Assembly (NCBI GenBank): GCA_965203485.1
Contig: OZ241892.1
Location: forward strand, 2,240,001 to 2,304,000
Length of the DNA: 64,000 bases
Direction: 5' to 3'
Source: Longimicrobiales bacterium
Lineage (GTDB): Bacteria; Gemmatimonadota; Gemmatimonadetes; Longimicrobiales; Gaopeijiaceae
The translations under genes were made by a program, and so were the position numbers. Positions 28,289 through 36,192 of this stretch are shown piece after piece. The notes under the pieces were generated by a model. That model did no database searches, was not told where the DNA came from, and saw nothing but the letters and a program-made list of their open reading frames with translations. How positions within the stretch are numbered: position 1 is the stretch's first letter; the number at the start of each line of letters is the position of its first letter.

Positions 28289-31060
28289 CTACCAAGCGAA
28301 CTCGTGCTTCACTCGCGCGTAGAAGTAGGCGCCGTTGAAGCCCCACGGCGTGTACTCGCTGTACCGATTTCCGACGCTCGCCGGGTTCGGGGCCCTGGCC
28401 GGGTACCTGTTGAGGACGTTCTGGCCGCCCAGGGTGAAGCTTGTGCTCTCGTTCAAAGAATACTCGGCCTCCAGGTCCATGGTGGCCGCGCCGTCGTACG
28501 CCTGGCTGGCGATCTCGCCGTCGAACCAACCGCCGTACCAGTTGATGCGGCCGAGAAGACGCCAGTCGCCCGCGAACTGGCTCAGCGAGACGTTCCAACG
28601 GTCCCGCGGGAGCGCCTCTTCCAGTTGCCGGATTCGAGTCTCGCCCAGGGTTTCCGAACTGGGGGTGGTGACGTTGGTGTGGGTGAAGTTGTACAAGAAC
28701 GTCAGGCTCGTGTTGCCTTCCAGCGCCTCCGGCGTGTACGTCGCCACGACGTCCACGCCCTGGGTCCTGGTGTCGAAGTCGTTGGTGAAGAACCGGAATT
28801 CGCGCAAGTTGCGGGCGCTCGTGATGCCTTCGGAGATCAGCTGGTCGACCTCGGAGTCCGAGAGCTTGAACGTCTGGGTCTGCGACAGACGGTCGGTGAG
28901 GTTGATGTTGAAGTAGTCGATCGTGAAGGCCAAGTCGCCGGCCTCCGCGACGGCGCCCACGGCGATGTTGACGGACTGCTCGGGCTGCAGCTGCTTTCCG
29001 CCCCGCGTCGCGGCGACCGCGGAAGTCGCAGGGATCGTGCCCCGGTTGGCCAAGTCGCCCAATTCGGCGTCGAACACGGTGGACACGTTGAACGCGTTCT
29101 GCTGGCCGGTCGTAGGCGCCCGGAAGCCGGTGCTGGCGCTGCCTCTCAGCGCGAAGTTCTCGGTGAAGCCGTACCGGGCCGCGAACTTGAAGTTCGTCGT
29201 GGATCCGAAGTCGGAGAAGTCCTCGAAGCGCACGGCCGCACCAACCGTCCACAGGTCGGCGTCGGGGTCGCGAAGTTCGACGTCGGCGTACACCGCAATG
29301 TTCGACCGCGTCCAACTGCCGGCCGCAATGGGACTGAATCCGGGGAATCCGTTGGACGCCGCGCTGAAGCCCTGGTCCGCCAACGGTCCGAAAGTCCACG
29401 AATCCGTCTCGCCCTGGACGATCTCGAAGCCTTCCCGCCTCCGCTCCGCCCCTCCGGCGATGTTCACCATGTCGCTGGCGGAGTACGTCAGATCGAGGTT
29501 GAGGTTGAGATCTTCCTGGATGTAGTCGCCGGGGTCGAAGCTGGTCGGAGTCTGCGGACCCAGGGAAGCGTTGACGGTGTTGTAGATGAAGAAGTCGGCG
29601 TGGTTCCTGCCCCAGCCGACGCTCGCGTCCCACTCCAAGTCGCCGAAGGCGCCCTTGACGCCCCCAACGACCGACGCGTCGGTGGCGTCGCCGCCGAAGT
29701 TGGGCGTAAAGCCCCCGGGAAAGCGTTCCTGGAAGGAGAAGCAGTTCGGATCGTCGAAGACCCTCTTGAGCGCCTCCGGGTCGGGCACGCCGCGGGTGAT
29801 CTTCACCACGGGGCAGTTGGCCGATCCGTCCAACACCCCGTCCTGCGCGTCCAGCATGTCGCCGATGAGCAGAGTCTCGCCTCCGTCGCCGCTGAAAACG
29901 GCGGCGCGCGTGTTGGGATTGCGGAAGAAGAACCCGCCGGTCACCTTCCGGCTGGCGTAGTTGCCGTGGCCGTAGAGCTGCACGTTGTCGCCCAGGAAGA
30001 GGCCGTAGTTGGCCCACAGCTTCAGGTCGTCCTCGACGTGGGGCGAGCCCCAGATCTGGGCCGGGTTGCGGACGGAGCTGTTGCCCGCGCCGATGAGGAG
30101 CAGCGCGTCGTTGCGCTGGACGCTGCGGTCCGTCGGGTTCACGTTGCCGTATTCGGCGCTCAGGTTGAGAAACCCGGTTTCGCCGATCGGAAGCCCGACG
30201 TTGCCCGCGAAGGAATGGGACTCGCCGTCGCCGTGGAAGGGATACGCGCCGGTCTTGGCCTCGAAGCGGAGCTTGCCGTCCCGGTCGTCCCGGAGCAGAA
30301 AGTTCATCACGCCCGCGATGGCGTCGGAGCCGTACTGGGCCGACGCGCCGTCGCGCAGAATCTCGACTTGGCGCAACGCGATGGCCGGGATGACCGCGAT
30401 GTCGGCGCCTTGCGCGCCGTCGGCCACGCCGTTGCCCAGCCACGTGATGATGGCGCCCCTGTGGCGCCGCTTGCCGTTGACGAGCACCAGCGTGTGGTCC
30501 GGAGCCAGGTTGCGCAGGCTGGCCGGGCGCGAAATCGTCGCCGCGTCGCTGATCGGCTGCATGTTGACGTTGTACGACGGGGCGATGTTGCGCAACAGGT
30601 TGCTGAGGTCGGTCTCGCCCTGGTTCACGAAGTCGGCGGAGGCGATCGCGTCCACGGGCACCGCAGACTCCGTGACGGCCCGGGGCCGAGCTCGCGTTCC
30701 CACCGCCACGATGCCCTCCAGCGCGATGGCCGCGACCTCGAGGCTGAAGTCCAGGGTGAGCGTCTGGCCGGCGGCGATCGTGACCTGCGCGGTTGCCGTG
30801 CGGTAGCCGAGCGAGCTCGCTTCGACTTGGTGGGTGCCTGCCGGGATGCCGGTGATCTGGTAGCCGCCGCTGGGGCCCACCGTGCCGGCGAGGCCAAGGT
30901 CCGGGAACACGACCTGCGCACCGGGCACCGGGGAGCCGGTCTCTGCTTGGACGGAGCCTCGCAGGGTCCCTTGTGCGGCCGCGGCCGCCGGAGCGGCAAG
31001 GACGGCCAAGACCGCCAACCACGGAAGCGTTGCCTTGCGGGAGTTCTTTCTTGCGTGCAT
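28289..31060 (-). CDS. TonB-dependent receptor, paralog 1
   Basis: Same plug and barrel motifs; signal peptide; terminal Trp. Confidence 0.95.
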   Translation of the reverse strand: MHARKNSRKATLPWLAVLAVLAAPAAAAAQGTLRGSVQAETGSPVPGAQVVFPDLGLAGTVGPSGGYQITGIPAGTHQVEASSLGYRTATAQVTIAAGQTLTLDFSLEVAAIALEGIVAVGTRARPRAVTESAVPVDAIASADFVNQGETDLSNLLRNIAPSYNVNMQPISDAATISRPASLRNLAPDHTLVLVNGKRRHRGAIITWLGNGVADGAQGADIAVIPAIALRQVEILRDGASAQYGSDAIAGVMNFLLRDDRDGKLRFEAKTGAYPFHGDGESHSFAGNVGLPIGETGFLNLSAEYGNVNPTDRSVQRNDALLLIGAGNSSVRNPAQIWGSPHVEDDLKLWANYGLFLGDNVQLYGHGNYASRKVTGGFFFRNPNTRAAVFSGDGGETLLIGDMLDAQDGVLDGSANCPVVKITRGVPDPEALKRVFDDPNCFSFQERFPGGFTPNFGGDATDASVVGGVKGAFGDLEWDASVGWGRNHADFFIYNTVNASLGPQTPTSFDPGDYIQEDLNLNLDLTYSASDMVNIAGGAERRREGFEIVQGETDSWTFGPLADQGFSAASNGFPGFSPIAAGSWTRSNIAVYADVELRDPDADLWTVGAAVRFEDFSDFGSTTNFKFAARYGFTENFALRGSASTGFRAPTTGQQNAFNVSTVFDAELGDLANRGTIPATSAVAATRGGKQLQPEQSVNIAVGAVAEAGDLAFTIDYFNINLTDRLSQTQTFKLSDSEVDQLISEGITSARNLREFRFFTNDFDTRTQGVDVVATYTPEALEGNTSLTFLYNFTHTNVTTPSSETLGETRIRQLEEALPRDRWNVSLSQFAGDWRLLGRINWYGGWFDGEIASQAYDGAATMDLEAEYSLNESTSFTLGGQNVLNRYPARAPNPASVGNRYSEYTPWGFNGAYFYARVKHEFAW

Positions 31061-31160
31061 TCTCTTCTCGTCGGGGTGTTGAGTGTGTTGCCGCGCGATG
31101 GCCGCCAACCGGCACGCAGGCTGGTCCCGGCCTGCTCCAAGTCGGCGTCTCGACCAAAAA

Positions 31161-31174
31161 GCTAGCTAGCTAGC
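31161..31174. repeat. Perfect palindrome GCTAGCTAGCTAGC, containing (CTAG)3
   Basis: Read directly; lies just downstream of the putative -10 of the TBDR promoter. Confidence 0.9.
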
Positions 31175-31179
31175 CTCCA

Positions 31180-31208
31180 AACATAGCTACCGAGAGCCCG
31201 TGCTCCAA
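31180..31208 (-). promoter_or_regulatory. Putative promoter of the TBDR pair
   Basis: TTGGAG-N17-TATGTT on the minus strand. Confidence 0.4.
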
Positions 31209-31265
31209 ATGCGGCTTGCGAGCAGACGACCGGCCAGCGTGGAGACGCTCGCGGGGCCGGGCCAA

Positions 31266-31340
31266 TGGGCGCTGCTGGATTCGAACCAGCGGCCTCCTGC
31301 TTGTAAGGCAGGCGCTCTCGACCGGCTGAGCTAAGCGCCC
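31266..31340 (-). tRNA. tRNA-Val(TAC); CCA not encoded
   Basis: GGGCGCTTAGCTCAG...CT-TAC-AA...GGTTCGAATCC...GCGCCCA cloverleaf. Confidence 0.97.
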
Positions 31341-31349
31341 ATGAGCGGA

Positions 31350-31378
31350 ATGATAAGCGACGCCGGACAGGCCATCAA
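31350..31378 (-). promoter_or_regulatory. Promoter of tRNA-Val
   Basis: TTGATG-N17-TATCAT ending 10 bp upstream of the tRNA. Confidence 0.65.
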
Positions 31379-31402
31379 ACGGCTGTCCCAGCCGATGCGA
31401 CG

Positions 31403-31882
31403 GTGGCGTCGCTGACCGGGCGGCGCGGGGCCGGGATCGGTCTGCTCGCAACTGCGACGGCGCTGCTCGCGTGCGGGGCGCCGGCGGGAATTGGGCGCGG
31501 GGGGCCCTCCGCCCCCGCCCCGGTCGCAACCGGCAAGGCCGCCGAACCCAACACGCTCCACGGCGTCTACTCGCAGGCCGAAGCCGACAGCGGGCTCCGC
31601 CTTTTTCGAGAGACGTGCTCGGAGTGCCACGAGACGCGGGACTGGACGACCACCGCCTTTCGCGATCGCTGGGAGGGCGCGTCGGTCTACCGGCTCTGGC
31701 ACTGGATCTACGGCCGGATGCCGCACGGGCGTCCGGGAACCCTGGAACGGGAGCAGGTAACGGCCGCGGTGGCGTACATCCTTCGGCTCAACGGCCTTCC
31801 GCCCGGCTCCCGCCCCCTTGGCGAGGAAGACGACGACCTGGACGACTACTGGATACTCTGGCCGCCGACGCAGCCCCCCTAG
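31403..31882 (+). CDS. Monoheme cytochrome c lipoprotein
   Basis: Lipobox LLAC; GVYSQAEADSG...CSECH; distal MP; YILRLNGLPPG. Confidence 0.88.
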   Translation: MASLTGRRGAGIGLLATATALLACGAPAGIGRGGPSAPAPVATGKAAEPNTLHGVYSQAEADSGLRLFRETCSECHETRDWTTTAFRDRWEGASVYRLWHWIYGRMPHGRPGTLEREQVTAAVAYILRLNGLPPGSRPLGEEDDDLDDYWILWPPTQPP

Positions 31883-32061
31883 GCTCCCCGAGCCGGCCGC
31901 TGGACCTGCGGGCGCGTCCGCGCATCCACCGCCGACCGCGCGGCTCGTGGGTCTGGCAGGCAAGGCGTCTCCGCGCGTATTCTTCCCGTCCGTCCAACGC
32001 GGCCGACGAGTTCCGCCCGTTGGCGGCGGCTCCCGAGTTCCAATCCACAGGAGGATCGTTC

Positions 32062-34845
32062 ATGCAACCAGCCATCCGACCGTCTCCTTGCCCGGCGGGC
32101 CGTGTTCTCGCCGGCCTCCTGGCTGCGCTGGTGGTCGCCCCCGCCGTGCTGGCGGCTCAACCGCGGCCGTCGCGTCCCGACGGCCTGCGGCTCTACGCCG
32201 TCGAAGGCGCGCGCATCGTCACCGTGTCCGGCGCGGTGGTCGACAACGGGGCCGTGGTGATCGACGACGGGCTGGTCGCCGCCGTCGGCGCCAACGTCAG
32301 CGTGCCGCCCGGCGCATGGGTCCTGAACGGCGCCGGGAAGACCGTGTATCCCGGCATGATCGACGCCTTCACCACGCTCGGGCATGGGACCGAGCCCTCC
32401 CTGCGGCGCGCCTTCGGCGGCGGCGGCCCGCCGGGCGCTGGGGGAAGCCAGCCGCCGAGCAAACACTCGTGGGGACCGGAGGACCGCCCCGGAACGTCGT
32501 CGTGGCTCACGGCCGCCGACGACATCGACGCGGACGACGACCGGTTCGAGAGCTGGCGCGAAGCCGGCTTCACCACCGTGGTCAGCACCCGCCACTCGGG
32601 GCTGATCGCCGGGCAGGCCGCCGTCCTCAACCTGGGATCGTTCGGGCACCCCCGCGAGATGGTGGTGGCCACGCCGGTCGGGATGCGGATCAACCTCCAG
32701 GACCGATCGCGCACCTACACCGGCTACCCGGGCAGCTCGATGGGAGTTCTGGCCTACCTCAAGCAGTTCTACTACGACGCCATGCACTACCGGGACGTGT
32801 GGGCCGACTACGACGGCGATCCAGCGGGCAAGCGCCGGCCCGAATGGGACATCTCGCTCGAACCCATCCGGATGCAGTTCGCGGAGGGATGGCCCGTGCT
32901 CTTCCCCGCCAACAGCCGCGCCGACGTCGGACGCGCCATCCGCGCGACGAGCGAGATGGGCGTGACGCCGATCTTGTACGGGGCGCAGGGCGCGTACGCC
33001 GCGGCCGATCTGCTGGCGGAGCGCGGCATCCCGGCGCTGGTCGACCTGGACTGGCCCGAACCCGCCCGAGACGGCGATCCCGAGGCCGAACCGACGCTGG
33101 AGCAGCTGCGCCTCTACGACCGCGCGCCGACCACGCCGGGCGTGCTGGCGGCCCGGGGCGTCAAGTTCGCCTTCTACTCGGGCGGCCTGGACGGCCCCGG
33201 CGACGTGCTGGCGGCCGTGCGCCGCGCCGTCGCTCAAGGCCTGTCCGGAGAGGACGCGGTGCGGGCGCTCACGCTGTCGCCGGCCGAGATCTTCGGCGTG
33301 GACGACCGCCTGGGCTCGATCGACGAGGGCAAGATCGCCAACTTGGTCGTCGCCAGCGGAGACTTGCTGGACGAAGACGCGCGCGTGGACGCCGTCTTCG
33401 TGGACGGCGAGCTGTTCGAGCTGGGCGAGGCGGCGGCCGAAGACGACGGCGACGCGGACGGCGAGGGCGCGGACGAAGGCCCCAGAGCGGAGGCGGAGGC
33501 CGGCGCGGAGAGCGAGGAAGTGCGGCAGGGCCCCGGACGCCGAGGACGCGGAGGCAGGGCGGCGGCCGGTCCCGATCCGTCCACGCCGCCCGTCGAGATG
33601 AGCGCGAACAAGGGCCCCTACCGGAACGATCCCGTCACCCTGATCCGCAACGCCACCGTCCTGACGGCGTCGCGGGGGACGCTGGAGAACACGGACATCC
33701 TGATGCGCAACGGCAAGATCGAGCGCGTCGGCGCCGGCCTGGAAGCGCCGCGAGGGGCCGTCGTGGTGGACGCGACGGACAAGTTCGTGACCCCGGGGAT
33801 CATCGACGCCCACTCTCACATGGCGGCCACCAGCATCAACGAAGGCACCGTCAACATCTCGTCGATGGTGACGATCAAGGACGTGATCCGCCCCGAGGAC
33901 GTCGGCATGTACCGCGCGCTGGCGGGAGGCGTGACGACGATCAACATCCTGCACGGCTCGGCGAACCCCGTCGGCGGAGGCAACGCAGTGATCAAGCTGC
34001 GCTGGGGCGCGGACGCCGACGACCTCCTGATCGACGCGCCCAAGGGCATCAAGTTCGCGCTGGGCGAGAACACCAAGCGCGACCGCAACCCGGACCGCTA
34101 CCCGGCCACGCGCATGGGCGTCCAGGACGTGATCCGGCAAGCGTTCCTGGAGACGCGCGAGTACATGGAGGAATGGGACGCCTACGAGGAAGGCGGGCGC
34201 CGGGGCGTGGCGCCGAGACGCGACCTCAAGCTCGAGGCGCTCGGGGAGATCCTGACGGGCGACCGCTGGATCCACTCGCACTCCTACAGGGCGGACGAGA
34301 TCCTGCAGCTGCTCCGCTTGGCCGAGGAGTTCGGGTTCCAAGTCCGCACGCTCCAGCACGTGCTCGAGGGCTACAAGGTGGCCGACGAGATCGCCGCGCA
34401 CGGCGCGAGCGCGTCCACGTTCTCGGACTGGTGGGCGTACAAGGTCGAGGCGTACGACGCCATTCCGCACAATGCGGCCCTGATGACGGAGCGCGGCGTG
34501 CTGGTGTCGATCAACTCCGATTCGAACGAGGAGATCCGGCACCTCAACCAAGAAGCCGCCAAGGCCATGAAGTGGGGCGGCATGGAAGAGGAGCCCGCGT
34601 TGCGGCTCGTGACCTTGAATCCGGCGATTCAGCTGGGCATCGACGACCGGACCGGGTCGATCGACGAGGGCAAGGACGCCGACGTGACCGTGTGGGAGGG
34701 GCACCCGCTGAGCATGTTCGGCAAGGCCGTGCAGACCTACGTGGACGGCAAGCTGTACTTCGACATCGAAATGGACAAGGAGCGCCGAGCGGCCGTCCGG
34801 GCCGAGAAGGACGCGCTCCTCGCAAAGCACATGGGGAGGAACTGA
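32062..34845 (+). CDS. Two-domain amidohydrolase family protein
   Basis: AGGAGG RBS; domain 1 PGMIDAFTT...GSIDEGKIANL; domain 2 PGIIDAHSH, HSYRADE, NSD, GSIDEGKDAD. Confidence 0.93.
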   Translation: MQPAIRPSPCPAGRVLAGLLAALVVAPAVLAAQPRPSRPDGLRLYAVEGARIVTVSGAVVDNGAVVIDDGLVAAVGANVSVPPGAWVLNGAGKTVYPGMIDAFTTLGHGTEPSLRRAFGGGGPPGAGGSQPPSKHSWGPEDRPGTSSWLTAADDIDADDDRFESWREAGFTTVVSTRHSGLIAGQAAVLNLGSFGHPREMVVATPVGMRINLQDRSRTYTGYPGSSMGVLAYLKQFYYDAMHYRDVWADYDGDPAGKRRPEWDISLEPIRMQFAEGWPVLFPANSRADVGRAIRATSEMGVTPILYGAQGAYAAADLLAERGIPALVDLDWPEPARDGDPEAEPTLEQLRLYDRAPTTPGVLAARGVKFAFYSGGLDGPGDVLAAVRRAVAQGLSGEDAVRALTLSPAEIFGVDDRLGSIDEGKIANLVVASGDLLDEDARVDAVFVDGELFELGEAAAEDDGDADGEGADEGPRAEAEAGAESEEVRQGPGRRGRGGRAAAGPDPSTPPVEMSANKGPYRNDPVTLIRNATVLTASRGTLENTDILMRNGKIERVGAGLEAPRGAVVVDATDKFVTPGIIDAHSHMAATSINEGTVNISSMVTIKDVIRPEDVGMYRALAGGVTTINILHGSANPVGGGNAVIKLRWGADADDLLIDAPKGIKFALGENTKRDRNPDRYPATRMGVQDVIRQAFLETREYMEEWDAYEEGGRRGVAPRRDLKLEALGEILTGDRWIHSHSYRADEILQLLRLAEEFGFQVRTLQHVLEGYKVADEIAAHGASASTFSDWWAYKVEAYDAIPHNAALMTERGVLVSINSDSNEEIRHLNQEAAKAMKWGGMEEEPALRLVTLNPAIQLGIDDRTGSIDEGKDADVTVWEGHPLSMFGKAVQTYVDGKLYFDIEMDKERRAAVRAEKDALLAKHMGRN

Positions 34846-36161
34846 TGAAGCGCGCCATACTCGGAGGCGGCAGGGCGGCGCTCGCCCTCGCGTTGGCCCT
34901 GGCGGGGACAGCGCCCTCGCTCGCGAGCCAGACCTACGCGATTCAGGGCGGGACGGTGCACACGCTGGCGGGCCGTACGTTCGTCGGCACGGTGGTCATC
35001 CGCGAAGGCCGGATCGTGGCCGTCGGCGAAGACGTCGAGGCGCCGGAGGGCGCGGAGGTGGTCGACGCCGCCGGCCGGCACGTCTATCCCGGCATGTTCG
35101 ACGCGGTGTCCGGCCTCGGGCTGACGGAGATCGGCGCCGTGGACGTCACCAACGACTCCCGCGAGCAGGGCGACTTCAATCCGCATCTCCAGGCCGCGAC
35201 CGCGATCCATCCGGCCAGCGAGCACATTCCGGTGGCGCGCGCCAACGGGATCGCGCTGACGATGGCGGCGCCGCAAGGAGGCAACGGCTCCATTCCCGGC
35301 CAAGCGTCGCTCATCGGACTCGATGGATGGACGATCGAGGAGATGCGGGTCGACCCCGGCGCGGCGATGGTGGTTCGCTACCCGAGCCTCGGCGGAGGCG
35401 GCGGATTCCGCGGACGACGGTTCGGGGCGCCGCAACAGTCCTGGCGCCAGCAGGAGGAGCGCTACCGCGAGGCCGTCGCGCGCCTCGACGAATGGCTGGA
35501 AGCCGGGCGGCGCTATGCGCATGCGATGGAAGCAGGCGTGGAAATGGCCCGCGACCTGAAGAACGAAGCCATGGCCAAGGTCGCCAGCGGCGAGATGCCC
35601 GTGCTGCTGGGCGCGGACGGGGAACGCAACATCCGCAACGCCGTCGAGTGGGCGCAGCGCCAGGAGCTGCGGTTCGTGATCACGGGCGGCAGAGAGGCTT
35701 GGCGAATCGCCGACTGGCTGGCCGAGCGCGACGTGGCCGTCATCCTGTCGCCCACGCAGTCCATGCCGTCGGGAGTGGACGAGGCATACGACGAGGCATA
35801 CGCCAACCCGGGCAAGCTTCACGCCGCCGGCGTGACGATCGCCTTCGCCACCTTCAACTCCTCGGCGTCGCGGACGCTGCCCTACGAGGCGGCGCAGGCC
35901 GTGCCCTACGGACTGCCCCACGAGGCCGCGCTGGCCGCCGTCACCAAGAACGTTGCCGAGATGCTCGGCCTCGGAGACATGATCGGGACCATCGAGGAAG
36001 GCAAGCTGGCCAACATCATGATCACCGACGGCGACCCGCTGGAGATTCAGACCCAGGTGACCGACCTCTTCATCCTCGGCCGCGGCGTGAGCCTCGACAA
36101 CAGGCACCAGTCGCTCTACGAGAAGTACCGCGCGCGGCCGGGACGGAGGATCGTTTCCTGA
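34845..36161 (+). CDS. Amidohydrolase-fold partner protein
   Basis: ATG overlaps the upstream TGA; signal peptide; YPGMFDA, GTIEEGKLAN, GDPLE. Confidence 0.9.
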   Translation: MKRAILGGGRAALALALALAGTAPSLASQTYAIQGGTVHTLAGRTFVGTVVIREGRIVAVGEDVEAPEGAEVVDAAGRHVYPGMFDAVSGLGLTEIGAVDVTNDSREQGDFNPHLQAATAIHPASEHIPVARANGIALTMAAPQGGNGSIPGQASLIGLDGWTIEEMRVDPGAAMVVRYPSLGGGGGFRGRRFGAPQQSWRQQEERYREAVARLDEWLEAGRRYAHAMEAGVEMARDLKNEAMAKVASGEMPVLLGADGERNIRNAVEWAQRQELRFVITGGREAWRIADWLAERDVAVILSPTQSMPSGVDEAYDEAYANPGKLHAAGVTIAFATFNSSASRTLPYEAAQAVPYGLPHEAALAAVTKNVAEMLGLGDMIGTIEEGKLANIMITDGDPLEIQTQVTDLFILGRGVSLDNRHQSLYEKYRARPGRRIVS

Positions 36162-36192
36162 TCTTCCCAGGCTTCCGCAACACCGCGGGAGG

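Noticed and set aside
25501..31060. Diversity-generating retroelement TR/VR pair among the paralogous repeats (also 46..1245)
   Set aside because: There is no reverse transcriptase, both copies are coding, and the differences are not adenine-specific.
28007..31165. Very long antisense or alternative-frame ORFs (e.g. 28007..31165+, 40533..43997+, 31879..34830-, 9407..11284+)
   Set aside because: These are shadow ORFs of high-GC genes. They are Arg/Gly/Pro-rich or mirror the real frame and carry no family motifs.
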